In this document: positions 28,877 through 39,340 of the stretch, in pieces | Position numbering within the stretch: the first letter of the stretch is position 1 | Layout: each line of letters starts with the position of its first letter | NCBI GenBank assembly: GCA_038131695.1 | Contig: JAYPQA010000018.1 | Location: 2,364-66,363 of the forward strand | Direction: 5' to 3' | DNA length: 64,000 nucleotides | Source of the DNA: Alphaproteobacteria bacterium | GTDB taxonomy: Bacteria > Pseudomonadota > Alphaproteobacteria > Puniceispirillales > Puniceispirillaceae | The notes under the pieces: model-generated | The model's input: the letters and a program-made list of their open reading frames with translations, nothing else | Told to the model about the DNA's origin: nothing | Database searches by the model: none | Made by a program: the position numbers and the translations under genes

Positions 28877-29824
28877 ATGCTGCGTTTTATCCTGTCACGA
28901 GCCCTGACCCTGGCCCTGTCGCTCTTGGTTGCCTCGCTGGTGATTTTTGCCATGATAGAGGTGATCCCGGGCGATCCGGCGGCCTTTATGCTGGGGCTGA
29001 ATGCCGAGCCGGACACGGTAGCGGCCCTGCGCGCTGAGCTGGGGCTGGATGGCAGCCTGCCGGAACGCTATCTGCGCTGGGTTGGCGGGATGCTGACCGG
29101 TGATTTTGGCATTTCCTATACCTATCAGGTGCCGGTGGCTGAGCTGGTCGGGGCCAGGCTGGGTGTTTCCCTGCCGCTGGCGCTTTTTTCCCTGCTGCTC
29201 TCTACCCTGATTGCGCTGCCAGTCGGGCTGTTTGCGGCAGCAAGGCGGGGCCGGCCAGCTGATTGGGCGATTATGGGGACGACCCAGTTCGGCATTGCCA
29301 TTCCCAATTTCTGGTTTGCCATGATTCTGGTGGTGATTTTTGCCATTGAGCTGCGCTGGTTTTCTGCCGGCGGCTTTCCGGGCTGGGATCAGGGTTTCTG
29401 GATCAATATCAAGGCGCTGTTCTTGCCGGCCATTGCGCTGGCCTTGCCGCAAGCCGCCATTCTGGCGCGGGTGATGCGCTCAGCTGTGCTGGAAGTGCTG
29501 TCCCAGGATTTTATCCGCACCGCGCGGGCCAAGGGGCTGAATCAGCGCCAGACCCTGATCCATCATGCCTTCCGAAATGCGCTGATCCCGGTTCTGACCA
29601 TTATCGGGCTGCAATTTTCCTTTCTGATTGCCGGGGCGATTATTATTGAGAATGTGTTTTTCCTGCCCGGGCTTGGCAGGCTGATTTTTCAAGGCATTAC
29701 CCAGCGCGATTTGATTGTGGTGGAATCTGTGGTGATGCTGCTGGTTTTTGCGGTCATTCTGGTGACCTTTCTGGTTGATATTGCCTATGCGCTGGCCGAT
29801 CCGCGGCTGCGGAGACCGCAATGA
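28877..29824 (+). CDS. ABC transporter permease (DppB/OppB type)
   Basis: 315 aa, hydrophobic, with the EAA-loop region FIRTARAKGL. Confidence 0.85.
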   Translation: MLRFILSRALTLALSLLVASLVIFAMIEVIPGDPAAFMLGLNAEPDTVAALRAELGLDGSLPERYLRWVGGMLTGDFGISYTYQVPVAELVGARLGVSLPLALFSLLLSTLIALPVGLFAAARRGRPADWAIMGTTQFGIAIPNFWFAMILVVIFAIELRWFSAGGFPGWDQGFWINIKALFLPAIALALPQAAILARVMRSAVLEVLSQDFIRTARAKGLNQRQTLIHHAFRNALIPVLTIIGLQFSFLIAGAIIIENVFFLPGLGRLIFQGITQRDLIVVESVVMLLVFAVILVTFLVDIAYALADPRLRRPQ

Positions 29825-29834
29825 GGAGGCTGTG

Positions 29835-30653
29835 ATGAAATGGCCTGTCGCGCTTGTTATCGGCCTGTGCCTGACGGTGGTTTTTGTCGCAGCGGCGCTG
29901 CTTTCCTTTGTCTGGACCCCGCATGAGGTCGAAGCGCTGAATATCGCTGCCAAGCTGAAAAAGCCGGGGGCGGCGCATCTTCTGGGCACGGATCATTTTG
30001 GCCGCGATATTCTCTCCATGCTGATGGTTGGGGCCAGAACCTCTATAGCGGTGGCGATTGTCGCGGTGGGTATCGGGATGGGGCTGGGCGTGCCGCTGGG
30101 GCTGCTGGCGGCGGCCCGCCATGGCAGCTGGCTGGATGATCTGGTGATGCGCGGCAATGATCTGGTGTTTGCCTTCCCCTCGCTGGTAATCGCCATTTTG
30201 ATCACCGCAGTCTTTGGCCCGTCCGCCTTTAATGCGATTGTGGCGATTGGGATTTTCAATATGCCGGTCTTTGCGCGGGTTACGCGTGGCGGCGCCCTGT
30301 CTGTCTGGACGCTGGATTATATTCTGGCCGCGCGCGTTGCCGGCAAGAGCAAGCTGCGTATTTCGCTGGAACATATTTTGCCCAATATCGCCAATTTGCT
30401 GATCGTTCAGGGAACCATCCAGTTCAGCCTGGGCATCTTGGCAGAGGCGGGTCTCAGCTATGTCGGGCTGGGCGCGCAGCCGCCGCTGCCCAGCTGGGGC
30501 CGGATGCTGGCTGACAGCCAGACCATGATCAGCTTTGCCCCGCATCTGGCGATTTTTCCGGGGCTGGCGATTATTGCGACGGTGCTGGGGCTCAATCTGA
30601 TAGGGGACGGTTTGCGGGATCTGCTGGATCCGCGCATCCGGCGGGAACGCTGA
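29835..30653 (+). CDS. ABC transporter permease (DppC/OppC type)
   Basis: ORF 29775..30653 trimmed to ATG 29835, which follows GAGGAGG. It is hydrophobic and has the ARVAGKS EAA-like loop. Confidence 0.85.
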   Translation: MKWPVALVIGLCLTVVFVAAALLSFVWTPHEVEALNIAAKLKKPGAAHLLGTDHFGRDILSMLMVGARTSIAVAIVAVGIGMGLGVPLGLLAAARHGSWLDDLVMRGNDLVFAFPSLVIAILITAVFGPSAFNAIVAIGIFNMPVFARVTRGGALSVWTLDYILAARVAGKSKLRISLEHILPNIANLLIVQGTIQFSLGILAEAGLSYVGLGAQPPLPSWGRMLADSQTMISFAPHLAIFPGLAIIATVLGLNLIGDGLRDLLDPRIRRER

Positions 30654-32249
30654 TGGCTTTGCTGGAGATTGATAATCTGAACCTGTCAATAGGCCAGCTG
30701 CCGATCCTGCGCGATATCAGCCTGTCTATCCGGCCGGGTGAGATTTGTGGGCTGGCCGGAGAATCCGGGTCCGGCAAATCCATGACCGCGCTCTGTGTGA
30801 TGAATTTGCTCCCCCCTCTGGCCCGTGCCAGCGGCCACTATCAAAATGCAGGGGACCGATGTGACCCGCCTCTCTGAAGAGGCGATGTGTGCGGTGCGCG
30901 GCCAGCAAATCAGCATGATCTTTCAAGAACCAATGACCGCGCTGAATCCGCTGCGCACAATCAGCGATCAGGTGGCAGAAACCTTGCGGCTGCACCGGCG
31001 CACCAGCTGGGCGGAGGCGCGCGTGATAGCGGCTGAAAAGCTGGCCCGGGTGGGCTTGCCTGCCAGCCGCTTTTCTCCTGATCTCTATCCGCATGAGCTG
31101 TCTGGCGGGCAACGCCAGCGCGTGATGATAGCCCAGGCCATTGCCCTGAAGCCTGCCCTTTTGATAGCTGATGAGCCGACCACCGCGCTGGATGTGACGA
31201 CTCAGGCCGGCATTCTCTCCCTGCTGCGCGATCTGGTCAAAAGCGAGAATATGTCAATGCTGCTGATCACGCATGATCTGGCGGTTCTGGCCGATATGGC
31301 TGATCAGATCAGCATCATGGAAAAAGGCCGCATCGTTGAGCAGGACAGCACCAAAAGCCTGTTCCGCAATCGCCGCCATGCCTATACCAGAAAGCTGTTT
31401 GCCGCCTCTGGCCATGTGCCGGATAAAGGCACGGCCCCATCCGATCGCCCTTTATTGCAAGCCAGCAAAATCGGCGTGACCTACCGGCGCAAATCCGGCC
31501 TGTTCAGCAAGCCGGTGGAAACCGAGGCGGTGCGCGGCCTGTCCTTTGCCTTGCATGAAAATGAGAGCCTTGGTCTGGTTGGCGAATCCGGCTGCGGCAA
31601 ATCCACCTTGTCGCGGGCACTGCTCGGCTTGCAGCCCCTGTCTGCCGGCCATATTGATTTTCTGGGGATGCGGCTGGACAGCAGCAGCCAGATGCCAACC
31701 GATATGCGGCGGGCCATGCAAATCGTCTTTCAGGACCCCTATGGATCATTCAACCCGCGCCATAAGGTTGCGCGCCTGCTGGCTGAGCCGTTCCACCTGC
31801 AAGACCAGCCTGTGCTGGGCCTGCAACGCGAGAAGCTGCTGGACAAGGCGCTGGAGGAGGTCGGCCTCAGCAGCGCTGACAAGGATAAATATATTCATGA
31901 ATTTTCCGGCGGCCAGCGCCAGCGCATTGCCATTGCGCGGGCACTGGTTCTAAAGCCAAGGCTGATCATTCTGGATGAGGCGGTCTCGGCCCTGGATGTC
32001 TCTATAAGGGCCCGGATTCTGGATTTGCTGGCTGATTTGCGCCGCACGCACCAGCTTTCCTATCTGTTTATCAGCCATGATCTCCATGTCGTGCGGGCGA
32101 TAACGGACCGGGTGCTGGTGATGCGGGCTGGCCAGATTGTTGAACAAGGGGCAACCGAGACGGTGCTGGCCCGCCCGGCACACAGCTATACCAAAGAGCT
32201 GATCGCCGCGACCCCGCAAATACCTGAAGCATGGCAGAAACCGGCATGA
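30653..32249 (+). pseudogene. fused double ABC ATPase (DppD/DppF type), one frameshift
   Basis: ORFs 30653..30877 and 30825..32249. There are two cassettes (GESGSGKS ... LSGGQRQR and GESGCGKS ... FSGGQRQR). The switch is near 30833-30836 (ARASG | TIKMQGTDVT). Confidence 0.85.
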
Positions 32250-32341
32250 AAACCCGCAAGGGCTTGCCATCTGCCCCCGCGGCTCCGCATAGTGGCAGGG
32301 GCAGGCTCCCGGCCGGAGACCAAAAGCAAGAGAGGGAAAGA

Positions 32342-33085
32342 ATGAGACTGGCAGGCAAAACAGCTTTGATAACTGGCGGCGGCTCCGGCTTTGGGGCCGG
32401 TATCGCTCGCATCTTTGCCAAAGAGGGCGCGCGCATCCTCTTGGCAGACATCAATGAACAGGCCGCGCAAGAGGTGGCTGCCGGGATTGGCGGCCATGCC
32501 GCACAGGCGGATGTCTCTGACAGCGCGTCCATGACCGCTCTGGCCAAGGCTGCAGAGGCACATTTCGGCACGCCTGATATTCTGGTCAACAATGCCGGCA
32601 TCACCCATCTGCCTGCCCCGATGGAGGAGGTCAGCGAAGAGGATTTTGACCGGGTGCTGGCAGTGAATGCCAAATCGGTCTATCTAGCTGCAAAAGTTTT
32701 TGTCGGCGCGATGAAACAGCGCGGCAGCGGCGCGATTTTGAATGTCGCCTCTACCGCAGGCGTCTCGCCGCGCGCCAATCTGAACTGGTATAATGCCTCA
32801 AAGGGCTGGATGATCACCGCGACCAAGGCGATGGCGATTGAACTGGCCCCGCATGGCATCCGGGTCAATGCGATCAATCCGGTGGCAGGCGAAACCCCCC
32901 TGCTGAAGAGCTTTATGGGCGGCGAGGAAACCGAGGAGACGCGCGCCCGCTTTCTGGCAACCATTCCGCTGGGCCGGTTTTCCACGCCTGAGGATATGGG
33001 CCAGGCCGCCGCCTTTCTGTGTTCTGATGAAGCCTCCATGATTACCGGCGTGGCGATGGAAGTGGATGGCGGGCGCTGTATCTGA
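32342..33085 (+). CDS. SDR-family oxidoreductase (FabG-like)
   Basis: ORF 32231..33085 trimmed to ATG 32342. It has TGGGSGFG, NNAG and YNASKG motifs. Confidence 0.85.
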   Translation: MRLAGKTALITGGGSGFGAGIARIFAKEGARILLADINEQAAQEVAAGIGGHAAQADVSDSASMTALAKAAEAHFGTPDILVNNAGITHLPAPMEEVSEEDFDRVLAVNAKSVYLAAKVFVGAMKQRGSGAILNVASTAGVSPRANLNWYNASKGWMITATKAMAIELAPHGIRVNAINPVAGETPLLKSFMGGEETEETRARFLATIPLGRFSTPEDMGQAAAFLCSDEASMITGVAMEVDGGRCI

Positions 33086-33106
33086 CAAACAAAAAGGAGG
33101 CCAGCG

Positions 33107-34105
33107 ATGAAGCCCGGCAAGCGCAATCTGATAACCGATATTGACGGGCTGCTGGTCGGCAATGCCCAGGATCAGACGCTGAAATCAGGCAGCACCGTGC
33201 TGACTGCCGATCAGCCCTTTACCACTGCAGTCCATGTGATGGGCGGCGCGCCGGGCAGCCGCGAGACCGATTTGCTGGCCCCGGACAAGCTGGTCTCAGA
33301 GGTGGATGCGCTGGTGCTGTCCGGCGGATCAGCCCTGGGGCTTGATGCCGCCTCTGGCGTGGCCAATGCGCTGCGGGCAGCCGGGCGCGGCTTTGCCGTG
33401 GGCGATCAAAAAGTGCCGATTGTGCCGGCGGCTATCCTGTTTGACCTGCTGAATGGCGGTGAGAAGGGCTGGCAGACAAACCCCTATGCCGCGCTGGGAG
33501 AGGCAGCCTGGCAGGCCCGCTCGGCAGAGTTTGCGCTGGGCAGTGTCGGGGCCGGCACTGGCGCCATCACAGCTGATCTGAAGGGCGGGCTAGGCTCGGC
33601 CTCTCTGGTGCTGGATAATGGCATGACCGTCGGGGCGCTGGTCGCCGCCAATCCGCATGGCAGCGTCATTCAGCAGGGCCAGCCGCATTTTTGGGCAGCC
33701 CCTTTTGAATTTGACCGGGAATTTGGCGGGCTGGGCGCGGCGACCCAGCTGGATCCGGGCGTTGAGAAGCTGGGGCCGGATCGGCTGCCCACCAGCAACA
33801 CCAATACCACGATTGCCATTGTCGCCACAGATGCCAGGCTGGACAAGGCCGGCTGCCAACGCCTCGCCACCGCCGCCCATGACGGGATGGCCCGCGCGAT
33901 TATGCCCAGCCATACGCCCTTTGACGGTGATCTGATCTTTGCTGCTGCGACCGGGGCCAAGGAAGGGGGCGGCCCGGCTGATTTGCTGCTGCTGGGCCAT
34001 GCGGCCGCCCTGTGCCTCGCCCGTGCGATTGCCCGCGCTGTCTGGGAAGCCCGCCCGGCCCCCGGCGACACGCTGCCCAGCTTTCGCGATCATTTCGGGG
34101 TTTAA
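33107..34105 (+). CDS. P1/S58-family aminopeptidase (DmpA/NylC-like)
   Basis: 332 aa with NLITDIDGLLVGN ... GSTVL ... GGAPGSRE ... SGGSALGLDA, typical of the Ntn-hydrolase DmpA family. AAAGGAGG lies upstream. Confidence 0.75.
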   Translation: MKPGKRNLITDIDGLLVGNAQDQTLKSGSTVLTADQPFTTAVHVMGGAPGSRETDLLAPDKLVSEVDALVLSGGSALGLDAASGVANALRAAGRGFAVGDQKVPIVPAAILFDLLNGGEKGWQTNPYAALGEAAWQARSAEFALGSVGAGTGAITADLKGGLGSASLVLDNGMTVGALVAANPHGSVIQQGQPHFWAAPFEFDREFGGLGAATQLDPGVEKLGPDRLPTSNTNTTIAIVATDARLDKAGCQRLATAAHDGMARAIMPSHTPFDGDLIFAAATGAKEGGGPADLLLLGHAAALCLARAIARAVWEARPAPGDTLPSFRDHFGV

Positions 34106-34117
34106 AAAAGCCTCAGC

Positions 34118-35307
34118 TCAAGTCACCCGGGCGCGGGTCTGATAGGCCGGGTCGCGCCAGAGTTCATCTGTCATCACCTCTTCCAGAATCGCGACCGCCG
34201 CCAGAATATCGCCCTCATCCAGATAGAGCGGGGTGAAGCCAAAGCGCATCACATCCGGCGGGCGGAAATCGCCGATAACCCCTCTGGCGACCAGCGCCTG
34301 CATCGCCTGATAGCCCGCCTCAAACCGGAAAGAGACCTGCGATCCGCGCCTGTCCGGATCCCGCGGGCTGAACAGCTCCAGCTGTGGACAGCGTTTTTCC
34401 ACCTCAGCGATAAACAGCTCAGACAGGCGGATGCTGGCCGCCCGCAGCTCTGCCAAATCCACCCCCTGCCAGGCATCCAGCGCCGCATCCAGCATCGCCA
34501 TCTGGACAATGGGCGGCGTGCCAACCCGCATCCGCTCAATCGACGGGGCAGGGCGGTAATCTTGTGCCATCTCAAACGGGTCTGCGTGCCCCATCCAGCC
34601 CGCCAGCGCCGGTTCCGCCTCAGAAATCAGGTCAGGCCGGATATAGATAAAGGCCGGTGCGCCCGGCCCGCCATTGAGATATTTGTAAGTGCAGCCAACC
34701 GCAAATTCACAGCCCGATCCGGCCAGATCAAGAGGCACCGCCCCGGCAGAATGGGCCAGATCCCAAATCATCACCGCCCCGGCTGCCTGAGCTGCTTTGG
34801 TTATCTCAAACATATCATGGCGGCGGCCTGTTCGGTAATCCACCTCTGTCAGCAGCACAGCCGCCACCTCATCAGAGATCGCCGCGGCCACCGCATCCGG
34901 TGCGGCCAGCTTTACCTCGCGCCCGCCCCCGGCCAGCCCGGCCAGCGCATTGGCCATATAGATATCCGAGGGAAAATTGCCGGTATCAGACAGGATAACG
35001 CGCCGATCCGGCCGCAATTTCAAGGCCGCCGCCAGCGCCTGCCACACCTTGATAGAGAGCGTATCACCCGCCATCACGGGAGCCGGGTGGCGCGCCTATC
35101 AGCGGGCAATGCGATCCCCAACCGGCCAGGCAGGGCCATCCATCCGGCCTTGTTCCAGGCGCGAATCAGCTGTTCTCCCCATTCGGCCTGCAGCACGCCT
35201 GCCACTCGTCCCGGCACCGAGCGCGGCAATGGGCCCAGCGAATTGCCATCCAGATAGAGAACGCCATCGGGAAGGTGAAACAGCTCTTTTTTCGGCAAAT
35301 TGGTCAT
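34118..35307 (-). pseudogene. kynU: kynureninase, about three clustered frameshifts
   Basis: The N-terminus is in ORF 35074..35472, trimmed to ATG 35307 ([26 protein letters not shown]). The body is in ORF 34118..35077 (DLAHSAGAVPLDL, CTYKYLNGGPG). The junction at 35072-35120 needs three indels to restore the conserved RLG.R.A.LIGA..G.V motif. Confidence 0.8.
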
Positions 35308-35592
35308 TGGCTTTCTATCTCCGGAAAATTTGAAATGCGTGTCCGGTCCGGCTAGGTGCCGTCTGACCTTTTTGTTTGCAAGCGGCGCCTGCCCGGGCGC
35401 TTCAAACCATTTTTTCAAAAACCCTGTCTCACGATAACAGTTAATCCTGAACCGCTTCTTTTCAGCAACCAAAAAACCATCCGGGCGATTTTTTTTTGAA
35501 GGCTGGTTCCGCCCTGATCAATCTCTTTCCCTGCCTGCGCGGTTACGCTAGGCTTGTTCTTGAGCCAGAAATTTTTGGAGAGATTTACGCTT

Positions 35593-36732
35593 ATGCCTGC
35601 CCAAAAAAGCCAAACAGCCTCTGAAAACCACGCCGCCGCGCTGGATAAGAGCCGCATAGAGGCCGCTGAAATGCAGCTGCCCAGCCTCGATATTTCCGCA
35701 GAAATTGCGTTTTTTTGCCGCCAGCTGGGCTTTCGGCTGGAGGAGATATTCCCGGCAGACAATCCGGCGATGATTTTACTGTCCGGCCATGGGCTGCGGC
35801 TACGCCTTGATAAGCAGAACCAGCTTCCCGCCGGCCGGATCACGCTGTCCCTGCCCGGCGCGCCAGGCGATCTGCCTGCCCCGATGACCGCCCCGAATGG
35901 CACTGAGATTCATTTTGCCCCGGCCAGCCCGCCCCTGCAGCAGCCGGAAACCCGCCATCAGCTGCTGGTGCGCCGTCTGGTGGATTCAGACAGCTGGATT
36001 ATCGGGCGGGCCGGGATGCATTACCGCGATTTGATTCCCGGGCGGCTTGGCGGGGCGGTTATCGCCAGCCATATCCGCATCCCGGAAGATGGACCGGTTC
36101 CTGATATGGTGCATTATCACAAGGTTGGCTTTCAGCTGATTTACTGCCTGCATGGTTGGGTAAAGGTGGTTTATGAGGATCAGGGCGATCCGATCACCCT
36201 GCAGGCCGGTGATTGCGTGACCCAGCCGCCGCAAATCCGCCACCGGGTGCTGGAATCCTCAGATAATCTGGAGGTTCTGGAGATTGGCGTGCCAGCCGAA
36301 CATATCACGGTCATTGACCATGCGCTGAAACTGCCGACTGGCAAGCATCTGCCGGACCGGCTGTTTGACGGGCAGATTTTCGTCCATCATCAGGCGGCAA
36401 AAGGCAGCTGGCAGGCGGCCCGGCTGCCCGGCTGGATGGCGATGGAGACCGGCATTGCACATGGCACGGCTGGGGCCGCCTCAGTTCAGCTGATGCGCCC
36501 CGATAACGGCACCGACGTGCCGATCACCGCCACAACAGATGCCGATATTCTGTTCGGTCTGGTTGCCAGCGGCTCCATGCAGATCGGGGCAGATGGCCAG
36601 CATTTTGAGGTGAGCGCCGGGGACGGGTTTGCCCTGCCCCCCGGCCAGCCTGTCCAATTCAGCCAGATGAGCCCCGATCTATCCTATATAGAGGTCAGCC
36701 TGCCCGGCTCCTTCCAGACCCGGATTGCCTGA
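35593..36732 (+). CDS. cupin-domain protein of unknown function
   Basis: ORF 35554..36732; I prefer ATG 35593. The cupin motifs are MVHYHKVGFQLIYCLHG and GDCVTQPPQIRHRVLE. A second, weaker barrel lies in the C-terminal third (GDGFALPPGQPVQF). Confidence 0.55.
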   Translation: MPAQKSQTASENHAAALDKSRIEAAEMQLPSLDISAEIAFFCRQLGFRLEEIFPADNPAMILLSGHGLRLRLDKQNQLPAGRITLSLPGAPGDLPAPMTAPNGTEIHFAPASPPLQQPETRHQLLVRRLVDSDSWIIGRAGMHYRDLIPGRLGGAVIASHIRIPEDGPVPDMVHYHKVGFQLIYCLHGWVKVVYEDQGDPITLQAGDCVTQPPQIRHRVLESSDNLEVLEIGVPAEHITVIDHALKLPTGKHLPDRLFDGQIFVHHQAAKGSWQAARLPGWMAMETGIAHGTAGAASVQLMRPDNGTDVPITATTDADILFGLVASGSMQIGADGQHFEVSAGDGFALPPGQPVQFSQMSPDLSYIEVSLPGSFQTRIA

Positions 36733-36893
36733 CCTCAATCATATCCCCCCCATTGGCCCAAAATGATGATTTTTCATCAAAATCGCTGATCAGCCGGCGA
36801 TATTATTTGCTAAAGAAAAAAGAAGGGCGGTCATGGTGCCGGCCTTGCCAGCGAAAAAAACTCCAAAACCAAACAAGTTAAGGAGTTAGGCTG

Positions 36894-37777
36894 ATGCAAG
36901 CAGGGGTTATCGGGATCGGAGATATGGGGTCAGGTCTGGCCAAAAATCTCATCGCAGCGGGAATGTCTGTTACCGGATTTGATTTGGACCCGGACAGGAT
37001 GGCCCAGCTAAAAGAACTGGGCGGCACCCCGGCAGCTTCTGTCGCTGAGGTGGGCCGGAACAGCCAGACGGTCTTTATCATGGTGATGAACGGGGCCCAG
37101 GCGCTGAATGTCATCGCCGGGCCGGACGGGCTGGCCGATACCATGCCTGCGGGCGGCACCGTTATTCTGACTGCTACGATAAAGCCGTCCGAGGCGGCCC
37201 GCATAGCCGAAGCCGTTGCAGATCGCGATATTGATCTGGTGGACAGCCCGGTCAGTGGCGGCTTTGACGGGGCCCAGAATGGCGCGCTGACAATGATGGC
37301 TGCCGCCCGGCCAGAGGTTCTGAAAAAGGTCAAGGCAGAAATGGAGGCGGTCAGCAAGACCATCCATATTGTCGGCACGGATATCTGCATGGGCCAGACG
37401 GTGAAAGCCTGCCTGCAATCGCTGATGGGCTGTGTGTTCAGCGCCAGTTTTGAGGCCGCTGTGCTGGCCGCCAAGACCAGGGGTGGACCCGCAGATTTTT
37501 GCACCGTGTTTTTGCACGTCCGGGGCGGGCAACAGCGTGACCAATGCCTGGAAAAATCATGCAAGGCCGCTTTGTCGGTGCTGGCAGCCATATCTCTACC
37601 ATGCACAAGGATTTGACGATTGTCTCCGATATGGCAAGAGAGCTGGGCGTGCCGCTGTTCACGGCCAATATTGCCTTGCAGCTGTTCGAGGCGGGCAAGA
37701 CCAAATATCCGGAAGGCGATAACTGGATTGTGGCCAAGATGCTGGAAGAAATTGCCGGGGTCGAATTCCGCAGCTGA
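36894..37777 (+). pseudogene. NAD(P)-dependent beta-hydroxyacid dehydrogenase (3-hydroxyisobutyrate dehydrogenase family), two frameshifts
   Basis: Three ORF pieces: 36894..37616, 37432..37722 and 37544..37777. It has an N-terminal GVIGIGDMG Rossmann motif and a C-terminal HKDL motif. Switches lie near 37470-37485 and at the A5 run 37552-37556 (NAWK | IMQGRF). Confidence 0.75.
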
Positions 37778-37848
37778 ATTGGGCAGTTGAAATGGGCCGC
37801 GTGCGCGAGAAAATGACCACGCCAACACACATTTAAGAGAGGAAATTA

Positions 37849-38732
37849 TGAAGCTGGGTGTAATTACAGAAGTGAATCAGTCGCGATTTGGGCCATGCGC
37901 TGAGCGTGATGGATGAATATGATCTGGAATGGGCAGAGCTGCAATTTATTGCTGACAAGGAGGTGGGCGATCTGGACAAGGCTGGAGCGGGCCGCCGCTG
38001 CTGGAAGCTGATCAAACTGGCACCAACCAAAGGGTGCCTGTATTTCCCGCCATGGAGCTTTTGCCCCGGCCTGCCGATGGCCAGCACGCGCCCGGGGGAT
38101 GCGGTACACAGCCAGCATATGGACGCGCTCAAACGCTGTATTGAAATGGCGCATGAATTTTCCTGCGGCACGGTGCGGATCATGTCCGGGCGCAAGGAGA
38201 TGATTCTCTTTGGCCTGCATGGCGCGGAAAAATGGAATGTGGCCAAGGGGGCCTGGGACGCCCTGCCGCCGCTGATCGCCCCGGCTGTTGAGCTGGCCAG
38301 GGCTGAGGAGCGTGCAGCTAGTGGTTAGAGACCGGAGAGTAACGGCACAGTAGTCAGATTCCTGCTGGACCGGGCGTAAGCTGATCGATGATCTAGATGC
38401 CAAGGACACACTGAAGATTTTGTGGGATCCGGCCAATAATTGCTGGGCGCATGAAACCGCCTGGCCGGATGGCTATGAGACCACCAAGACAGGAGAATAT
38501 CGGCCATATCCATATGTCGGGATCTTGCAGGTGGATACCCAAGGCCACGCTTGAAATACACCCATTGGGAGAAGACCCGGCTGGCCGACTGATTTGCCCA
38601 GTGGCCGATGCGCTGTAGGATGGCTATGATGGGGTGATCCAGCTTTGAATCAATTCTATCACCCGGGCAACGGTGATTTTGAGGCCGGATTCCGGCAATG
38701 TATCGGCCTGTTCAAAGAGCTGTTTGCCTGAC
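37849..38732 (+). pseudogene. sugar phosphate isomerase/epimerase (xylose-isomerase-like TIM barrel), heavily decayed
   Basis: It starts MKLGVITE... at ATG 37849. Family-like segments (GHALSVMDEYDLEWAELQ, RCIEMAHEFSCGTVRIMSG, LKILWDPAN, DGYDGVI, HPGNGDFEAGFRQCIGLFKELFA) are scattered over all three frames. There are in-frame stops (e.g. TAG 38326-38328) and at least 5 frame changes. Confidence 0.65.
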
Positions 38733-38833
38733 AGAAACGCCTGGCCTCTGGCGACCTATCTGTGCTAGTCAGAAGATAAGGGCAGGGACTGCCCCGCAAC
38801 TGTCTTTTCACTGTCACAGGAACAAAGCCCACG

Positions 38834-39289
38834 ATGGAACTGGATGATCAGATTGAGATAGCCGCCCCGCGCGATATTGTCTATGCCGCCCTGAACAACC
38901 CGGAAATCCTGCAACAGGCGATACCGGGCTGTGAAGAGATAGAGCAGCTCAGCCCGACCGAAATGACCGCCCGGGTGGTGCTGAAGATTGGCCCGGTCAA
39001 GGCAAAATTCACTGGCCGGGTGGTGCTGGACAATGCCGGGGCGCCGGACAGTTTCTCGCTCAGCGGTGAGGGGGATGGCGGGGTGGCCGGTGCAGCCCGC
39101 GGCGGGGCCGATGTGACACTGGCCGAAAGTGCGGGCGGCACCTTGCTGACCTATAAGGCGCGCGCCGATGTCAGCGGCAAGATTGCCCAGCTCGGCAGCC
39201 GGCTGGTGCTGTCCACGGCGAAAAAACTCTCGCGCAGCTTTTTTGAAAATTTCCAGAAAATCATGGATGAAAAGGCGGCCGCCAGCTAG
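38834..39289 (+). CDS. CoxG-family SRPBCC protein
   Basis: 151 aa. The sequence (MELDDQIEIAAPRDIVYAALNNPEILQQAIPGCEEIE ... KIGPVKAKFTG ... KIAQLGSRL) is typical of carbon monoxide dehydrogenase subunit G-like proteins. No coxLMS genes are nearby. Confidence 0.75.
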   Translation: MELDDQIEIAAPRDIVYAALNNPEILQQAIPGCEEIEQLSPTEMTARVVLKIGPVKAKFTGRVVLDNAGAPDSFSLSGEGDGGVAGAARGGADVTLAESAGGTLLTYKARADVSGKIAQLGSRLVLSTAKKLSRSFFENFQKIMDEKAAAS

Positions 39290-39340
39290 CCTGGCCAGCC
39301 TGTGCCCCAAATTATGCCCAGCCATGCCCCTATGCCTGAC

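Noticed and set aside
38325-38561. Small ORFs inside 38.3-38.8 kb (e.g. the 78-aa ORF at 38325..38561, minus strand)
   Set aside because: The plus strand here carries recognisable but shattered segments of the TIM-barrel isomerase (LKILWDPAN, DGYDGVI, GFRQCIGLFKELFA). The small ORFs are by-products of that pseudogene.
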